Assembly (NCBI GenBank): GCA_951406725.2
Contig: OX597831.1
Location: 12,400,001-12,464,000, forward strand
Reading direction: 5' to 3'
DNA length: 64,000 bases
DNA from: Octopus vulgaris
Lineage: Eukaryota
Below are positions 26,396 through 39,799 of this stretch, one piece after another (within the stretch, counting starts at the first letter, position 1; every line of letters starts with the position of its first letter). The position numbers and the translations under genes are program-made. The notes under the pieces are model-generated. The model made no database searches. It saw only the letters and a list, made by a program, of their open reading frames with translations, and had not been told where the DNA came from.

Positions 26396-26806
26396 CTAAA
26401 ATTGGGCCTCATGGAGGCAAAGTGGCTGAGTTCCTTTCAAGTGCTGGGCTTCATGGAGGCAATGACTAAGACGTTTGACATTATGTTGTGCTTGAGAAAT
26501 AGACCCATCAAGCCAAGCAAAATCACAGCTGTGACAGATATCGGTGTCACACAAATTGATGCTCGTGACAGTGGCATGTAAATATGCCCAGGTGTCACAT
26601 AAATGGTATCCATGTCGGTGGCATGTAAAAAGCACCTATTGCACTCTTAGAGTGGTTGGCATTAAGAAGGGCATCCAGCTGTAGAAAACCATGTCAAATC
26701 AGACTGGAGTCTGGTGCAGCTTTCCAGCATGCCAACCCAGTCAAATCGTCGAACCAATGCTGGCATGGACAATGGATGTTAAATGATGATGATGATGATG
26801 ATGATG
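26396..26806 (+). mobile_element. (GAT)n-tailed SINE with duplicated internal GGG(C/T)TCATGGAGGCAA and GTGGCATGTAAA units
   Basis: ...GTGGCATGTAAAAAGCACC..GTGGTTGGCATTAAGAAGGGCATCCAGCTGTAGAAA...GCATGGACAATGGATGTTAAAT(GAT)n. Confidence 0.8.
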
Positions 26807-28109
26807 AAGGATGAACATGAAATGAACCCAAGAGAATTTTAACTCAAAGAAGGCTGAATCAAATGATGTATATATTAACCTTTTTCGTATCCTATTTCTA
26901 TTGAAATACACTATTTCCATTTTAGTTAATTTGAAAATAATGAAGAATTAATTAAAATAGCTTTGTTATAATTGAACTGGTGTTTGGAACATAAATTAAC
27001 AGGATTTTTATGGAAGGTTTTAATTAAGATCAGGTTAAAACTGTAAGTTTGTATCATGGAACCTAGGCAAGTTTTGGGTAAGTTGCTGTCAAAAGGATAG
27101 ACTTAGAACAGGGTGTACAGAAACAGTAATATATTATTATGTTTCTTGCTGTGTTTTTTTTTTCTTTTTGCATTACATTGCAATTGGTGTGACTTGTTAC
27201 AATCTGTAATTGCTTTGACACAATAAAAACAAAATGAAACAACTTTTTTTCACAATGTTCACAACATATTAAACCATCAGCACCACACAACAACTGCACT
27301 AAATTGTCCCTTCTGAACATTTCCCCCCAGTTCAATTACAGGTTGTAATTAAGGCCATGGATGCTTAATAACCATAAATATTCTTGTAGTATGGTTCAGA
27401 AGAAGAAACGACAATTTGCATGGCACAAGGCCGATAGGAAAAATTTATGGTGGAATGAATTTGGCAAAAAATATAGTTTAAGTGAAGGTCATAGTTGGTT
27501 ATTCATTACGTGATGGGTTCAGGCTTTCAAAGTACAAAAGATTTGAAAATGTGAGTACATGCACATTTTTGTAATAAGAGTATAAACACCTTGTAGTTTT
27601 ACACAAGTGGTATGAATATTTTTCATCATATTTAAATATTTCTACTCAGGGAAAAGAAAAATATGCAAGACCAAGATTACAAAGTAGATGCTTGAATAGT
27701 ATAAAGAAAATCGTTTGATCAATGTAATTAGCAAACTGTGCCTATGGTTGTAGTAGTTATATTCTACTAATTAGAAAGAAATAAAGTTATTAATCATATT
27801 AGAAACACAAGAGAAAGAATTCCCACCCTGTTATGAACAATAACAAGGTTATGTACTGGGATATATTGATATTACTGTCAGTATGAAATCATAATCTAAT
27901 TTCTCATATGAGAAAAGAAGTTTTAGCAATCGACTGAATCATAAAAATACAAATATCACAGAAGATTTTTGGAGAATTAGTACAAATTAGAAACACTATT
28001 GCCACCACCACCATTCCCATTGGCATTATTGTTGTCATTTTTATGTCTGTTTTCCAATGGTTTAGGTAGATATTTTCTTCAAATTACAATGTCTTGCCAT
28101 GTACTATAG

Positions 28110-28470
28110 TAACATTTGGTATCCTGAAACCAGTTTTCACTACTACTTCTTATATGTTTCCTCCTTCTAAAGATTCCTTTACCCAACTGTCATCATACAC
28201 ATGTATTCTGTCTGTACCCATGCTGTCTTCTTTCTTCCCTAACACACCACATCTGATTTACTCTCACACCCAGTGTTTTTCCTCCCACCTTATTCCTGCT
28301 CTTTCATGCACACTAACATTACACATCCATCAGACTGTACTAACCTCACTTGTTTCCTTTGCACATTCTTCACATTTAATGCCTATATTTCGCTCCTATG
28401 TAACATTGTACTCCAACATAACCTTCACTGGAAGACAGAAGCCCTCTGTTGTCAGCAAAGGTGATAGTTT
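28110..28470 (-). mobile_element. RTE-clade LINE C-terminal remnant
   Basis: Broken frames LSPLLTTEGFCLPVK..MLHRSEI*ALNV..WMCNVSVHER..LGVR..IRCGV..DDSWVK are typical of the RTE post-RT region. Confidence 0.6.
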
Positions 28471-30778
28471 GGTTATCGAAAACACTAATTAAACCTTCAT
28501 AATTTTGTTTAATCTTTAGTCAGACAACTGCTATACCGACAGCATAATTAAACATTAAAACATTCAAGAAACTTGATGAAAGAAACATTTTTGTAGCACT
28601 AATTCGATTAATTATAATAATTGTATTATTATTAGAAACTTGTAGTACTAATTACTTTTAAGTAAGCAAACAAGACTGGAAATTAGAAATTAATAAATGC
28701 TACTTGATAATGCCAAACTAGAGAAAAATAACTTTAGACAATATTCTCTGTTTTACATGAACTGAACTGAGAAAGTAAATTTTAAACAACACCAAATTTT
28801 TTAAGACATTAATAGAATGTTTAGTCTGAGATATTAAAATCCTGCAATGAACTACTGAGAAATTAATTAAGATTTGTTATTGCTGTTTAGCCCTAGGTCA
28901 ACTATGATCCAACAGACCTATGATCAAAGACCTTTCAGCCATGACCAGCCTGTGTTTACAGAAATACAGATATGGTTATGTGATTAAGAAGCTTGTTTTC
29001 CAATCATGAGGTTTTGGGATAAGTCCTATGGTATGATACGTTTGGCAAGTGTTTACCAAAAACTTTTGAGTGGATTTGGTAGAAGGGATCTGAAAGAAGC
29101 CCATCAGATACACATACACACACACACACATACATACATACATACATACATATGTATGCTGGGTGTTCTTGTCTTGAGAGCACATGATGGATGTAAATGA
29201 GTGTCATTTGTTTCAATCTTCAGTGAAAAACATGTCAAGCAGTAGGAAAATATCTCGAAATTGGTAAGGGTTGGCAACAGGAAGGCATCCAGCCATGGAA
29301 AATCTATTACAAAGAATTCTGTCTGACTTCTGTAAGCATGGAAATGCAGATGTTAAAATGATAATAATGATGATGATCATCTAATGTTATCTAAAAATAC
29401 ATTATCTAATAAGCACTTTGCTTTTATCAGATGCGAAATTGTGATTTAAAGGTGATCTGGCTGCTATTTCAAGTAAATCAAGGCTCTGTTGTTGACTTCT
29501 TCAAGCAGATTATTCATTCTGTTGTTGCAGAAGTCTAATAACTACTGCATTTTCTTGCTTTTTTTTTCTTTATTTTGGGTCAATATTAGTTATTGATATT
29601 TCTATCACAAGGCTGCTATAAAAACTAGAAACAATACCTACTGCTTTCTGGCAGCTGACAAGATGCCTTACAATAATTAAATTTGTCATATCCATGTGCT
29701 CTTCACATGTAATTCATGTGTGTATAAACATGCATCTGTTATTGTCTGTGTATATCAGGAACTTATTACATCAAATAGCATACACTATGTAAGTTCGCCT
29801 AAGCAGAATCTATGGGTGCCAGAAATAGACTGGACAGTGAAGAGCATATAACATGTCTTGACTGAGATACTTTATCCCATACAATTCATCACAGCATGTC
29901 AGTGAGTGCAATGCGATTCTCAGCAGGGTGGAGATATGATATAAGATAGCGGCAGTGGTGGTAGGAGGAGGAGGAGGAGGAGGAGGAGGAAGAGAAGGAG
30001 AAGCAGTATCAGCAACTAACAATGCTGATTTAAAATGGCTGAACAAAAACCTTTACGAGCAAACTTTTTCGTAGAAGATGGTGATTTGGTAAATATGCTA
30101 ATTTTGTGTCTGTTACTGCCATTGAGAAGTAAAAAGAAATTCTGATTCTGCAGAATTTGCAATGTTGCATGTCAGAACATTTTCAAAGTTGTTTGTTTAT
30201 TCTACTTTTGTGTTGTGAATGACACTGCCATTGGCAACCATTTCCCAAAGGAATAATTGCAATTTTCTTTTATTTATGAAGATGAGAATGACAGGGATTT
30301 GTCTGCACACTTCATTCAGAACAAATGCCATATATGGCATTTTAAATTGAAGACACCATGTTTTTAATTGAAATTGCCAAGATTTTGCTCTTCTCAACAG
30401 TAGTCACATATTTCTCTGATATGCTTCAACAAAAGATATGCACATACATATGTATATGGATGCATGTATACCCAGTGAGTGTTGATCATGTGTATGTGCA
30501 TGAAAGGAATTGATCATGTGTGTGTGTCCCCTTGTTATGACATTGAATGATAGTTGTAAATGATCGTCACTGTTATACAAGCAGTGTCATTCATTTCCAG
30601 TGTTTTGCAAGAAACGTGTCTGGCCATGAGGAAACATTATCATGTTTGGAAACAGACAAGGGTTGGCAACAGGAAGGGCATCCAACCATAGAAAATCTAC
30701 CTCAATATATTCTGTCATACCCATGCGAGCAGGAAAAAGTGAACTTCATGATGATGATGATACAAACTTTCACTTGTT

Positions 30779-30821
<43 letters not shown>

Positions 30822-31484
30822 GCACATACACACACATGATTGACCTCCACACAATCTCCATCTATCACATTGAAATAATACTAGTGTAGCTCACCAGAAA
30901 TATGGGAATGAGAGGGTTAAGGAGAGAACAGGGGTATCTGCTTTCAATATTGAATAAGTTGTTACAGTATAGCTGTTATTTAGCATCAGGTCAACAGTGA
31001 ATAAGCAGGCTTATGATTAAAAGCACTCCAACTGTGACCATCCCATATTCTTTTGCTGGTGGTGGTGGTGGTGATGGGGCTATCCACCTTATCTAATGTC
31101 CTTCCATTTTATGAGGCTCCCTCAGCTCAAGCAAGAAATGTTAGAACAGATGTTGAAGATTGAGTAAAGAGAGTTTAAAGACAACATATTTGCATACCTT
31201 AAGAAGTTTTTAAAAATTTATTTTATTATTCAATTAAATAGATAACAGGAAGGTGTGAGCAAGTTGATAAGATCTTTCTTGGCATCAGAAATAAATATTA
31301 AAATGAAGAGAACATTTCGTTTCTGATGATTCACTTCTGAAGATGAGTTTTAGGATTAGGAAATATTCATTTTGAGTACAACAAATGTGGTACAGTTAAT
31401 ATTATTATTTCTTCATAAATACATTTTATAATGAGATCATTGTTCACAACCCTATCTCTAAATTCCACAAGGTTTAGTCCTTAT

Positions 31485-31874
31485 AGCAGTGTTTTGGTTT
31501 GTATGCCTCAATGACCCTGAGAACTGTGCCAGTAGAGCAGATGCTCCTGGTAAGAACTTCCAAGCTAGACCGGTCAAAAGTTAGAGGTCAAACTAATCTG
31601 GACCAACTCTCTCTCCTCTCAGGTAATAAAGGGTTCATGTAGGGCCAACATCCCTATCTTGAAAATAGGAAAGTTACCTCAATAATAATTTTAAACCAAT
31701 AAGACCTGGGAGAGAAAGATCTATTGTGAGGGAGGCAGGAAACTGAAGTAAAGCAGAAAAGAACAAGGATCCAACTGAAAAGATGCAGAAAAGACAACCT
31801 TGAGTTGTGAACAGTGGAGGAAAGTTGTTGATGGTCTGTGCTCCAAAGGCAGTGAAGGGCTTAAGTAAATCAAG
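31485..31874 (+). mobile_element. Bipartite non-autonomous RTE-derived element (RTE 5' UTR fused to RTE 3' end)
   Basis: 5' part: ATGACCCTGAGAACTGTGCC..GCTCCTGGTA..CAAGCTAGACCGGTC..CAGGT..GGGTT..AGGGCCAACATCCCT..GAAAA. 3' part: CAGTGGAGGAAAGTTGTTGATGGTCTGTGCTCC (QWRKVVDGLCS)...GGGCTTAAGTAA. Confidence 0.55.
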
Positions 31875-34261
31875 CTCTGATTGGCTTTAGATTTATATCA
31901 CGAAAATGACGGTACTATAGAAAGATAAGTTTTGAGGAGTTATTAGTTTAGAAAGGACTGTTTAAGATGTATTCCAACAACATGTATTACATTTTTATTC
32001 AGGTTGACTATGTCGGTAGCTGCCGGGGTATAGCAATATAATTAATACTCAATTCCCATTTGTGCTTTTTTACTGTTCTAAATCTACAGTCATTCTTTTA
32101 TATCTCAGTATTTGGGAGGATGAAAAAGAAATGACTACCCATATATGTTGATGGTGGGTTAAGAAAAGACAGAAAAAACAAATAATAATAAGGATTAAAA
32201 ATAAAAACTGAATTAAAAGAGAAATTCTACCTTCCATTATGTAACTCCATGCTTCCTATATCAATTGAATTTATACTGAGGAAGTAAACATCTTCTCATG
32301 GAAATACAATTAGAAAATTGATGGATTATTAAAATGTTATTTCCATTTCCTAAGCTCTAAATGATAATTTAAGAAACAAAAAAAAAACCTGCTTAAAAAT
32401 ATTATATTTCTCCGTTTGATTTTCACTATAAGGAAATTACCAGTGAGCAGGTGTCTCCCAACGCCTCAACTTGACCAAAGCCATTTCAGTTGCTGAAAAG
32501 AAAACTGTGTACATGATTTTCATAGGTGTGTGTGTGGGAATATGTGTCTGCGTGTGAATGTATATATTAGCATGGATGAATAAAATCAATGAAGCCAACA
32601 TAATACAAATGAGGTGCTGAGATCCAACTGAATCATATTCCTTTTAACTAAGGTCCACCTGCTTTTGACTCTTAAGAGATAGATAAAATAAGTACCAGGT
32701 AAAGTATCAAGATCAAGATAATTGACTTTAGTCCAACCAATGAAACCAGTAAAGAAAAACAAAGTAATAATGATGTGTACAGCTCATAGAATGAATACAC
32801 AAGCATAGAATGGCATTAGCTGTTGTATGTTGTCTCAAAGAGACTTGTGTGTTAAAATACAAATGGTTTGCTCAGAATGTAGTTGGCACATTGTTAGACT
32901 TAATGTTATTGGATCTAATTTGCTCTCCTCAGTGACAAACACAACCAGACATTCCGAATTAAGCTGCAAAATATTTGTTCCAATATCGATTTTTTTTCAA
33001 TGAATTTCAAAACAAGTTCTAAACTTTTAAAAGTTGTTCTTTTAAAGGCTGCATAACTTTAATCATTAGCAGAATAATACACTTTGATACATGATGAGAA
33101 GGAAAAAGTGGTGACAGCAAAATGAATAAAAGATGAATCATTATATTTTTGCTATACTATTGTGATTTAGAGAGAAGACATTCAATACTTGTGAGGCATT
33201 ACAAGAAAAGTGATAGATGTATTACATAGTTTAATAAAGCATTGTTCACTCTGAGTCAGTGAAGGAACCTTTACATAGTTACTGAAAATGCTAGAAATAA
33301 TGACGAAATTTCTCTCAAATCACAAGCTGCTGTCTTACAATGACAGATGAGATAAAGTAGTCTAAAAAATATATACTTTTTAAAAAAATTGAAATGGCCA
33401 TGTTTGGAATGCTTTTGAATATACAGATTTAAACACCATTATTCAGTTATCTTTTAGCATTTACTTCATTTAGTCATTGGACTGCAACCATCCTGAGGCA
33501 CTGCCTTGAAGGGTTTACTCAAACAAGTAAGCCTCAGCATTAATATTTATGTTTGCTGAACTGTTAAGTTATAGGGACATAAACAAACTAACACTGATTG
33601 TCGAGAAATGGTAGGTAGATACACACAAAGGTGAATGCACATGGGTACACACACACAATGGGCTTATTAGTTTGAATAACAATTATTATTCTATATATTT
33701 TTGTCTCACCCCAAAATATTAACATTTAAGGAAGCTTGCTTGATGATAATAAATAAAATTTTTGGCTGACTTTAATTATTTTCCCAGTTTACTTGCTTTA
33801 ATCGATACAACCATCAAAAGCCTCATCCCTATAATCAGTTTGATGGTATTGTCTTAATCTCTGAAACTTCTGGACAGTTAATAATATTCTATTAGAATAT
33901 TGGCATTTATGTCTTGTTAATTTCTACTTCAAGTCATATATGTCATCACCCTGTCAGTATATTTGAGATTAGATTTGAAGAAGAAATATGTCAATTATGG
34001 GTACTGAAAGGATTATATTTAGACCATTGTTATTATTCCTACAACATATTAATCAACTCTTGTATACTCGTTAGATACTTAGATTGACAAATTCTTGAAA
34101 AATGATTGAAAAAGAGAAAGAAAAAAACCAATATTGGTTTCAAATTCATGATTAACTTCATTAATGAATACTGTAAATGTATATCAAATAAATGTTAATT
34201 AAAAATTACAAATTTTTCAGAATAAAAAATCTTAAGGTTTAAAAATATCATGACGAAAAAT

Positions 34262-34410
34262 TACTGTATTTATTTATGTATAAGTTGCCCTGTTTTATAC
34301 TTGATTTTAAATGAGAAAACAGAGTTGTGACTTGTACACAGGGAAAGTTTGAAGAGAAAAATATTTTGTACCAACACTAAATTAGGGATGTGACTTGTAC
34401 ACAACAAAGA
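34262..34410 (+). mobile_element. Tigger/pogo-type MITE fragment
   Basis: Begins TACTGTATTT..TGTATAAG and carries an internal direct repeat TGTGACTTGTACACA twice. Confidence 0.4.
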
Positions 34411-37400
34411 GAAAATATTATCTATGAGTGATTTACATGTTAATCAAATGTCATTGTTACCTTACCACTTGGAAGAAAACATGGTATCCATTCAGATGTG
34501 AAAGATGTATCTTAGAATACACTATTTTATTGTGTATGAAGAGTATTTTAACTCCCAGATAATTATTTATGTGATTCAGTCATGAAAGCTCCTTGCAAAT
34601 AAATAAATGCATAAAATAATTAAAAGGAAATTTTTACTCTCTACAGAATTGCTTTCTTGAAAATGCAACTTTAACTCAGAAATATGCACCTTGCTTATTC
34701 TTTATTAATGTAATACATGAAACAGTGAAGGTCCCTCTACATAGTTAGCTGACCTGCTAAAATTAGCAGTAAGATTTCCCTCAAATCTTATCCCACTCTT
34801 GACTGAAGGATCAAAGAATTCTACAGTTCTTTCACTCCACAAATAATTTTCAAGTCATAGCACAAAAGTAATTTTTGATGATGTGACAAAGTTCTTCGCT
34901 AAGAATAACTTCTGTTTCATATCTGTTACATAGAGCTGAGATTTCAGTGAAGAATTTAGCATGTGAAGTGTTATTGAGGCAATTTTTCAGAATTTCAAGA
35001 CTGGGTGACCTTTGTAACTTGTATCTATTGAAGGCTTGAATTTGTTTACAAGATTAGGCAAAAAAAAAAAAAAAAATGTAGGATTCTAAAGTAAGAAGAA
35101 TGGTCTGGAATCCAAAGGACAACATGGCAGGGACTAAAGTGTTATTTAGTAAATAAGATCAGAAAATTTCTTTGATATCTTAGAAGTGTGCTTTCCCATG
35201 ACTTGCAGAATCAAAGTAGATAAGCATGCGATACTCTGTACTTGATAGACTGATTATAAGATCATAGAATATGTCATGTTTCTAGCAGATTGTCAGTGAA
35301 CCAGAACTGTGACTGTAAAACATGCACAGAATAATTAGCAATAGGAACATCCTAAATTTCAAATGAAACTTGAGGACTATCAAGATAGATCATGACATGT
35401 AGTCACTTCACTGTGTTAACTACATAACCTAATTGATACTGAGATTGATTATAAAAAATATAATGGCTAAAGTAAGATGAGAGTGGAGAAAGTCCTGGGA
35501 GCTTTCACAACATAGATTTTTGCTTTCTTCATAGAAAAGGCATTGCATGAATATTGTTTTGAAACCCCTTCACTCCTAAAGTCAACTTCAATTAAGCAGA
35601 CCTAATCAAAATTATTACAGTCATGAGTATTCCACATTTTGTTTCAGGCATAGTGAGACTTTAAGTGAAATTTGAGAAAAATTTGGCTACTATTTCTAGC
35701 AGAGTGACTCACCACATACAGGTTCTCTCAATGGCTCATGTAAGGAATGTAATGATTGGTTGATTGCAAAACATGAATACTGAATGTGGAAAATATGAAA
35801 ATGCCAGAGAAAAATACACAGGGTATAAGTTGCTAGATGTGTCCTGGAATAACAACTATCTAAAATTTTCTTTCTGTCAATACATTTTTTTGAGGTATTT
35901 ACTTCTATATAAAATGTTAAAACTAGACATCAGCCATACCAATCTCCCCAGTCATTGAAAAGTTATGAAGACCATGATCATGGACCCAGCTCGTTTCTCC
36001 TCACAAAACCATAACCTCCACTCTATTTTACTGGGGAAAAGGCAACACATAAGCATGTAAGCATACAAGAGGGTCTGCACTGCTATGGACTTGTGGTGTA
36101 ATATATGTGTTCTTGGTGGGAAAAAGTCTCATTTATTGATACTAGAAGACAGAAGGTTAAGATTTGAACAACACAGAATATAGAACTTCATAGGTGAGAT
36201 GATGCTGAATCACAACACATTGTAATTTGCTATATTGCAAACTTATCAAACCTATGGGAAATTAGAAACTAAAAAGGTGGTAGATGATTATAATTACAAT
36301 AATATTGTTAATGATAAAGAAAATAAATGTCTTAAGAAATTCTTCTGATGTTCTTATATAGCATGGAGACAGTATGTAAAAACAATGTAATTAAGATGAA
36401 ATTTTAATGGCAAACATCTGTGCTTCAATAAACCTAATACAAAGTACAAAATATGCTGAAACTTTTAATTAATTTTACATGCTTTTCTTTGTTTCATTTT
36501 ATATAGACATATATCTTTTCACAGTGAAAACTCAGCACTGTTATTCACTGCTTTAGATCATTACTAATTATATGTATGATGAAGAGAAGAAAGCTAAATC
36601 AGATATTTAATGTAAGAAAAATGTTATTCAACAGAAATCCCTTCAATAAGAATATGAATTTATATAACAATTGTTTAGACATTACTAACAAACTAACCTT
36701 TGAAAATGAAAAGCATCTTTTAATAACATATTTTGGAACAACTATTTTATATTTTAGAATATAATATTAATTTTCTTAAAGTTTATATTTTGGTCAATAA
36801 ACATTTCAACTCTTAATTATATATATTTGAATTTTCTGAAGCAGTTTAAAAGAATATCATACACCCACACACACATATATGTATACGTACATACATATAT
36901 ACATATACACTAGGTGATATTATATTGCAAATATTTGGCATAATAGATTTAGCTTGAATTTCAATATATAGATATGTATAAATTGCAGTATCATTGAATT
37001 TGGACAAATAGGAAGTTTAAGCTAAGCATCCAGTTACTCCATATTATTCTGGCTGAATATGATTGTGTTGTATGATTATAGTTTATCACCAAGTTCACCA
37101 AGTAAATGATTGTAATGCATTATCTCTATAACCAATATCACATTTACTTGGCTTTGTGCATCAACAGAAGAGGATCTCAGCAGAATAGCATTCACTATAA
37201 TGTAGACCAGACAAAAAAGTATTGACTATCACAAAAATTGTGTCCAAAGCAGTGGTGGCTCGTAGATAAAATTGGTAGGGATGCTGCTTCAGAAAATTTT
37301 TAGCCATTGTTTTTATATTGTGTAAAAGGAAACAAAGATATAAAAAGAAAATTTATTCATAAACCTGATCGGTTTGCGTTTTAGCCACTGCTTGACAATC

Positions 37401-37679
37401 GGTGTTTGCTTCCCCGTAGCTTAGCAGTTTGGCAAAAAGAAACTGATAGGTTTGGCTGCAATCAAATGACCGAAACGAGTAAAAGAATGAAAAAATAAGT
37501 TAGATTGATTTACAAAACTGCTTTCTACAGTTAAGGGTAATGAAATGTTGAGTGGATGTAACTGATTTCTGCAGTAAGAGTGTTTATAATGTCAAAGATT
37601 CCAAAATATAACATGAAATTGGTGAGCACAAGTGACAATAGAGTTTGTACGTATCAACTTCAATATTAGGTATTAGGAA

Positions 37680-37896
37680 GATGGTGAGTTGGCGGAATCA
37701 TTAGCATGCTGGGCGAAATGCAGAATGGCATTTCATCCATCTTTATGCTCTGAGTTCAAGTTCAGCCAAGATTGCCTTTGCCTTTCATTGTTTCAGGGCC
37801 AATGAAATAAGTACCAGTTGAATTCTAGGGGTTATGTAATTGACTTACACTTTTCTGGAAATTGCTGACCTTGTGCCAAAATTTAAAACCAATATT
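37680..37896 (+). mobile_element. (ATT)n-tailed SINE, near full length
   Basis: GGTGAGTTGGCGGAATCATTAGCATGCTGGGCGAAATGC...TCTGAGTTCAAG...TTTGCCTTTCAT...AAATAAGTACCAGTTG...CCTTGTGCCAAAATTTAAAACCAATATT. Confidence 0.75.
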
Positions 37897-38340
37897 AGAT
37901 ATCAAAACTAAAGACTGTGTTAAGAAGAAATATCAATATGTGAGGTGACAAGCTGCAAAGCTGGTCTATAAAAAAGACTTACAATTAAAATGATCCCAAT
38001 AAAACTGGTGGTACACTGCCTGATGAATAAAGGTAATTTGGGAACCAAATAGCCTTCTGTAACAGACTGCCTTAATAGTCTGTACAAAAGTGAAAGAATT
38101 AGTCTAGCATTTCTCAAAGGTTCACTTTTCTATGCTTGCATGGAGTGGCCAAAAATTGTAAGGAAAATTTTCTACAGCTGGATGTCTCTCTAGACCCTTC
38201 CCTGTTTTCAGGTAAGATGTTTTTCTGCTTTTCTGCTTGGCTGGACGTGTTTTCAAACAGGACTGGCAACTTGCATGATAGTGACACTTGCGTAGAACTA
38301 TCACATGATGTGAAAACAAGAAGACGCAAACACACATACA

Positions 38341-38386
<46 letters not shown>

Positions 38387-39150
38387 TGACAAGCTTCTCT
38401 CAGTTTCCATTCACCAAATCCACTCAGAAGATTTTTGTTGGTCTGAGGCTATAGTAAAAGACACTTGCCAAGGTGCCATACAGTAGGACTGAATCCAGAA
38501 CCATGGGATTTGGAAGTGAAGCTCTAAACCAGAAAATCCATGACCGTACCTTCAATAACAGAATTAGTTTATGTTTGGAAAGTTCAAGAAATAGTCCATT
38601 GTTAAGTCAGTTCATTTCTGGTAAATAGTCACGAGTGCCATCACAGAAGAAACCAGGAATTTTCTGGATCTATCCAAAACATGGCACCAGCGGCAAATAA
38701 TTTCAAAGGAATGCACAGTAGGAAGTTTGTTGTTGCTACAGTTCTGATGTAATTCTATTTATATAAGATACATGTGTATGAATCTTTCTTCCTTTAGCAT
38801 CACTAACATTGTGAATAGCATTAATTTGTAACAGTGGTGTTATGTAAGAGAACAATCCACCTTCCCTCAGATAGGATTATCTGTTAAGATGGTGACAATG
38901 GTTTGAGTTGGTAGATATATTAGTTTGGAACAAAATAAATAAGAACTAAATCATAGCAGAAGTTTTTTGGGGTCAGAAAAGTAGTAAATTGAGAGACACA
39001 TTTTATCTTTGAAGTCAATTATGAAGTAAGCAGAAGGGAACAACTTCAAGCAAGAGTTGAAACCAAATCACACGCTTACTATAAAAGAAAATCTAAAATA
39101 ACAATTGTAAACAACTAATGAAGGATTAATATATTTGGTAGATTAGAAAC

Positions 39151-39200
<50 letters not shown>

Positions 39201-39799
39201 AAGTAGTAGCAGCAGCAGCGGCAGCAGCAGTAGCAGCAGCAGCAAAACCAATGGCAAAGCTATTGTGTCATTGCCCATCATAGTATATTTGATACACAGA
39301 CAATAGTAGTAGCAGTAGGTATATCAGTTTCCTGGATGTATGTGAGTCACATTTTATAGTGAGGTATCAATACAATTTAGTAATATGTTAGAAAACTGAA
39401 TAGAAACTATTGTTCATGTGAAATATATATAAAGCAAAATGAAAAACAACAAACTGCAACAGATCCCATCCCCCAAACCCCATCCACCTAACATATATAA
39501 CAATGATCTCTTCCCAACCACAGGCAGTCCACATATAACTATGTCACACTAATGTTAGCCATCAAAATGGAATGCTTGTCAGAGCATCAACCTTTAGTAC
39601 AAGTATAGGGAATGAAAGCTAATCATAAGATGGACAGACTTTACAATAGATAATATCATCTGACTCAGGTAAGCTTACAACTATTGTCATCACTGAAATT
39701 GTCAATATGGTTTGAATTACATTTACAGGCGTGCAATATAGACTGCTCCCATCAATGTCAGTGAGAATCTCAATATTCTCGGAGCAGAAGCAGACTGGG

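Noticed and set aside
32231-32275. 45-nt candidate exon (INSIDIGSMELHNG)
   Set aside because: Weak donor (GTAGAA), and the phase compatible with the DGK exon contains a stop.
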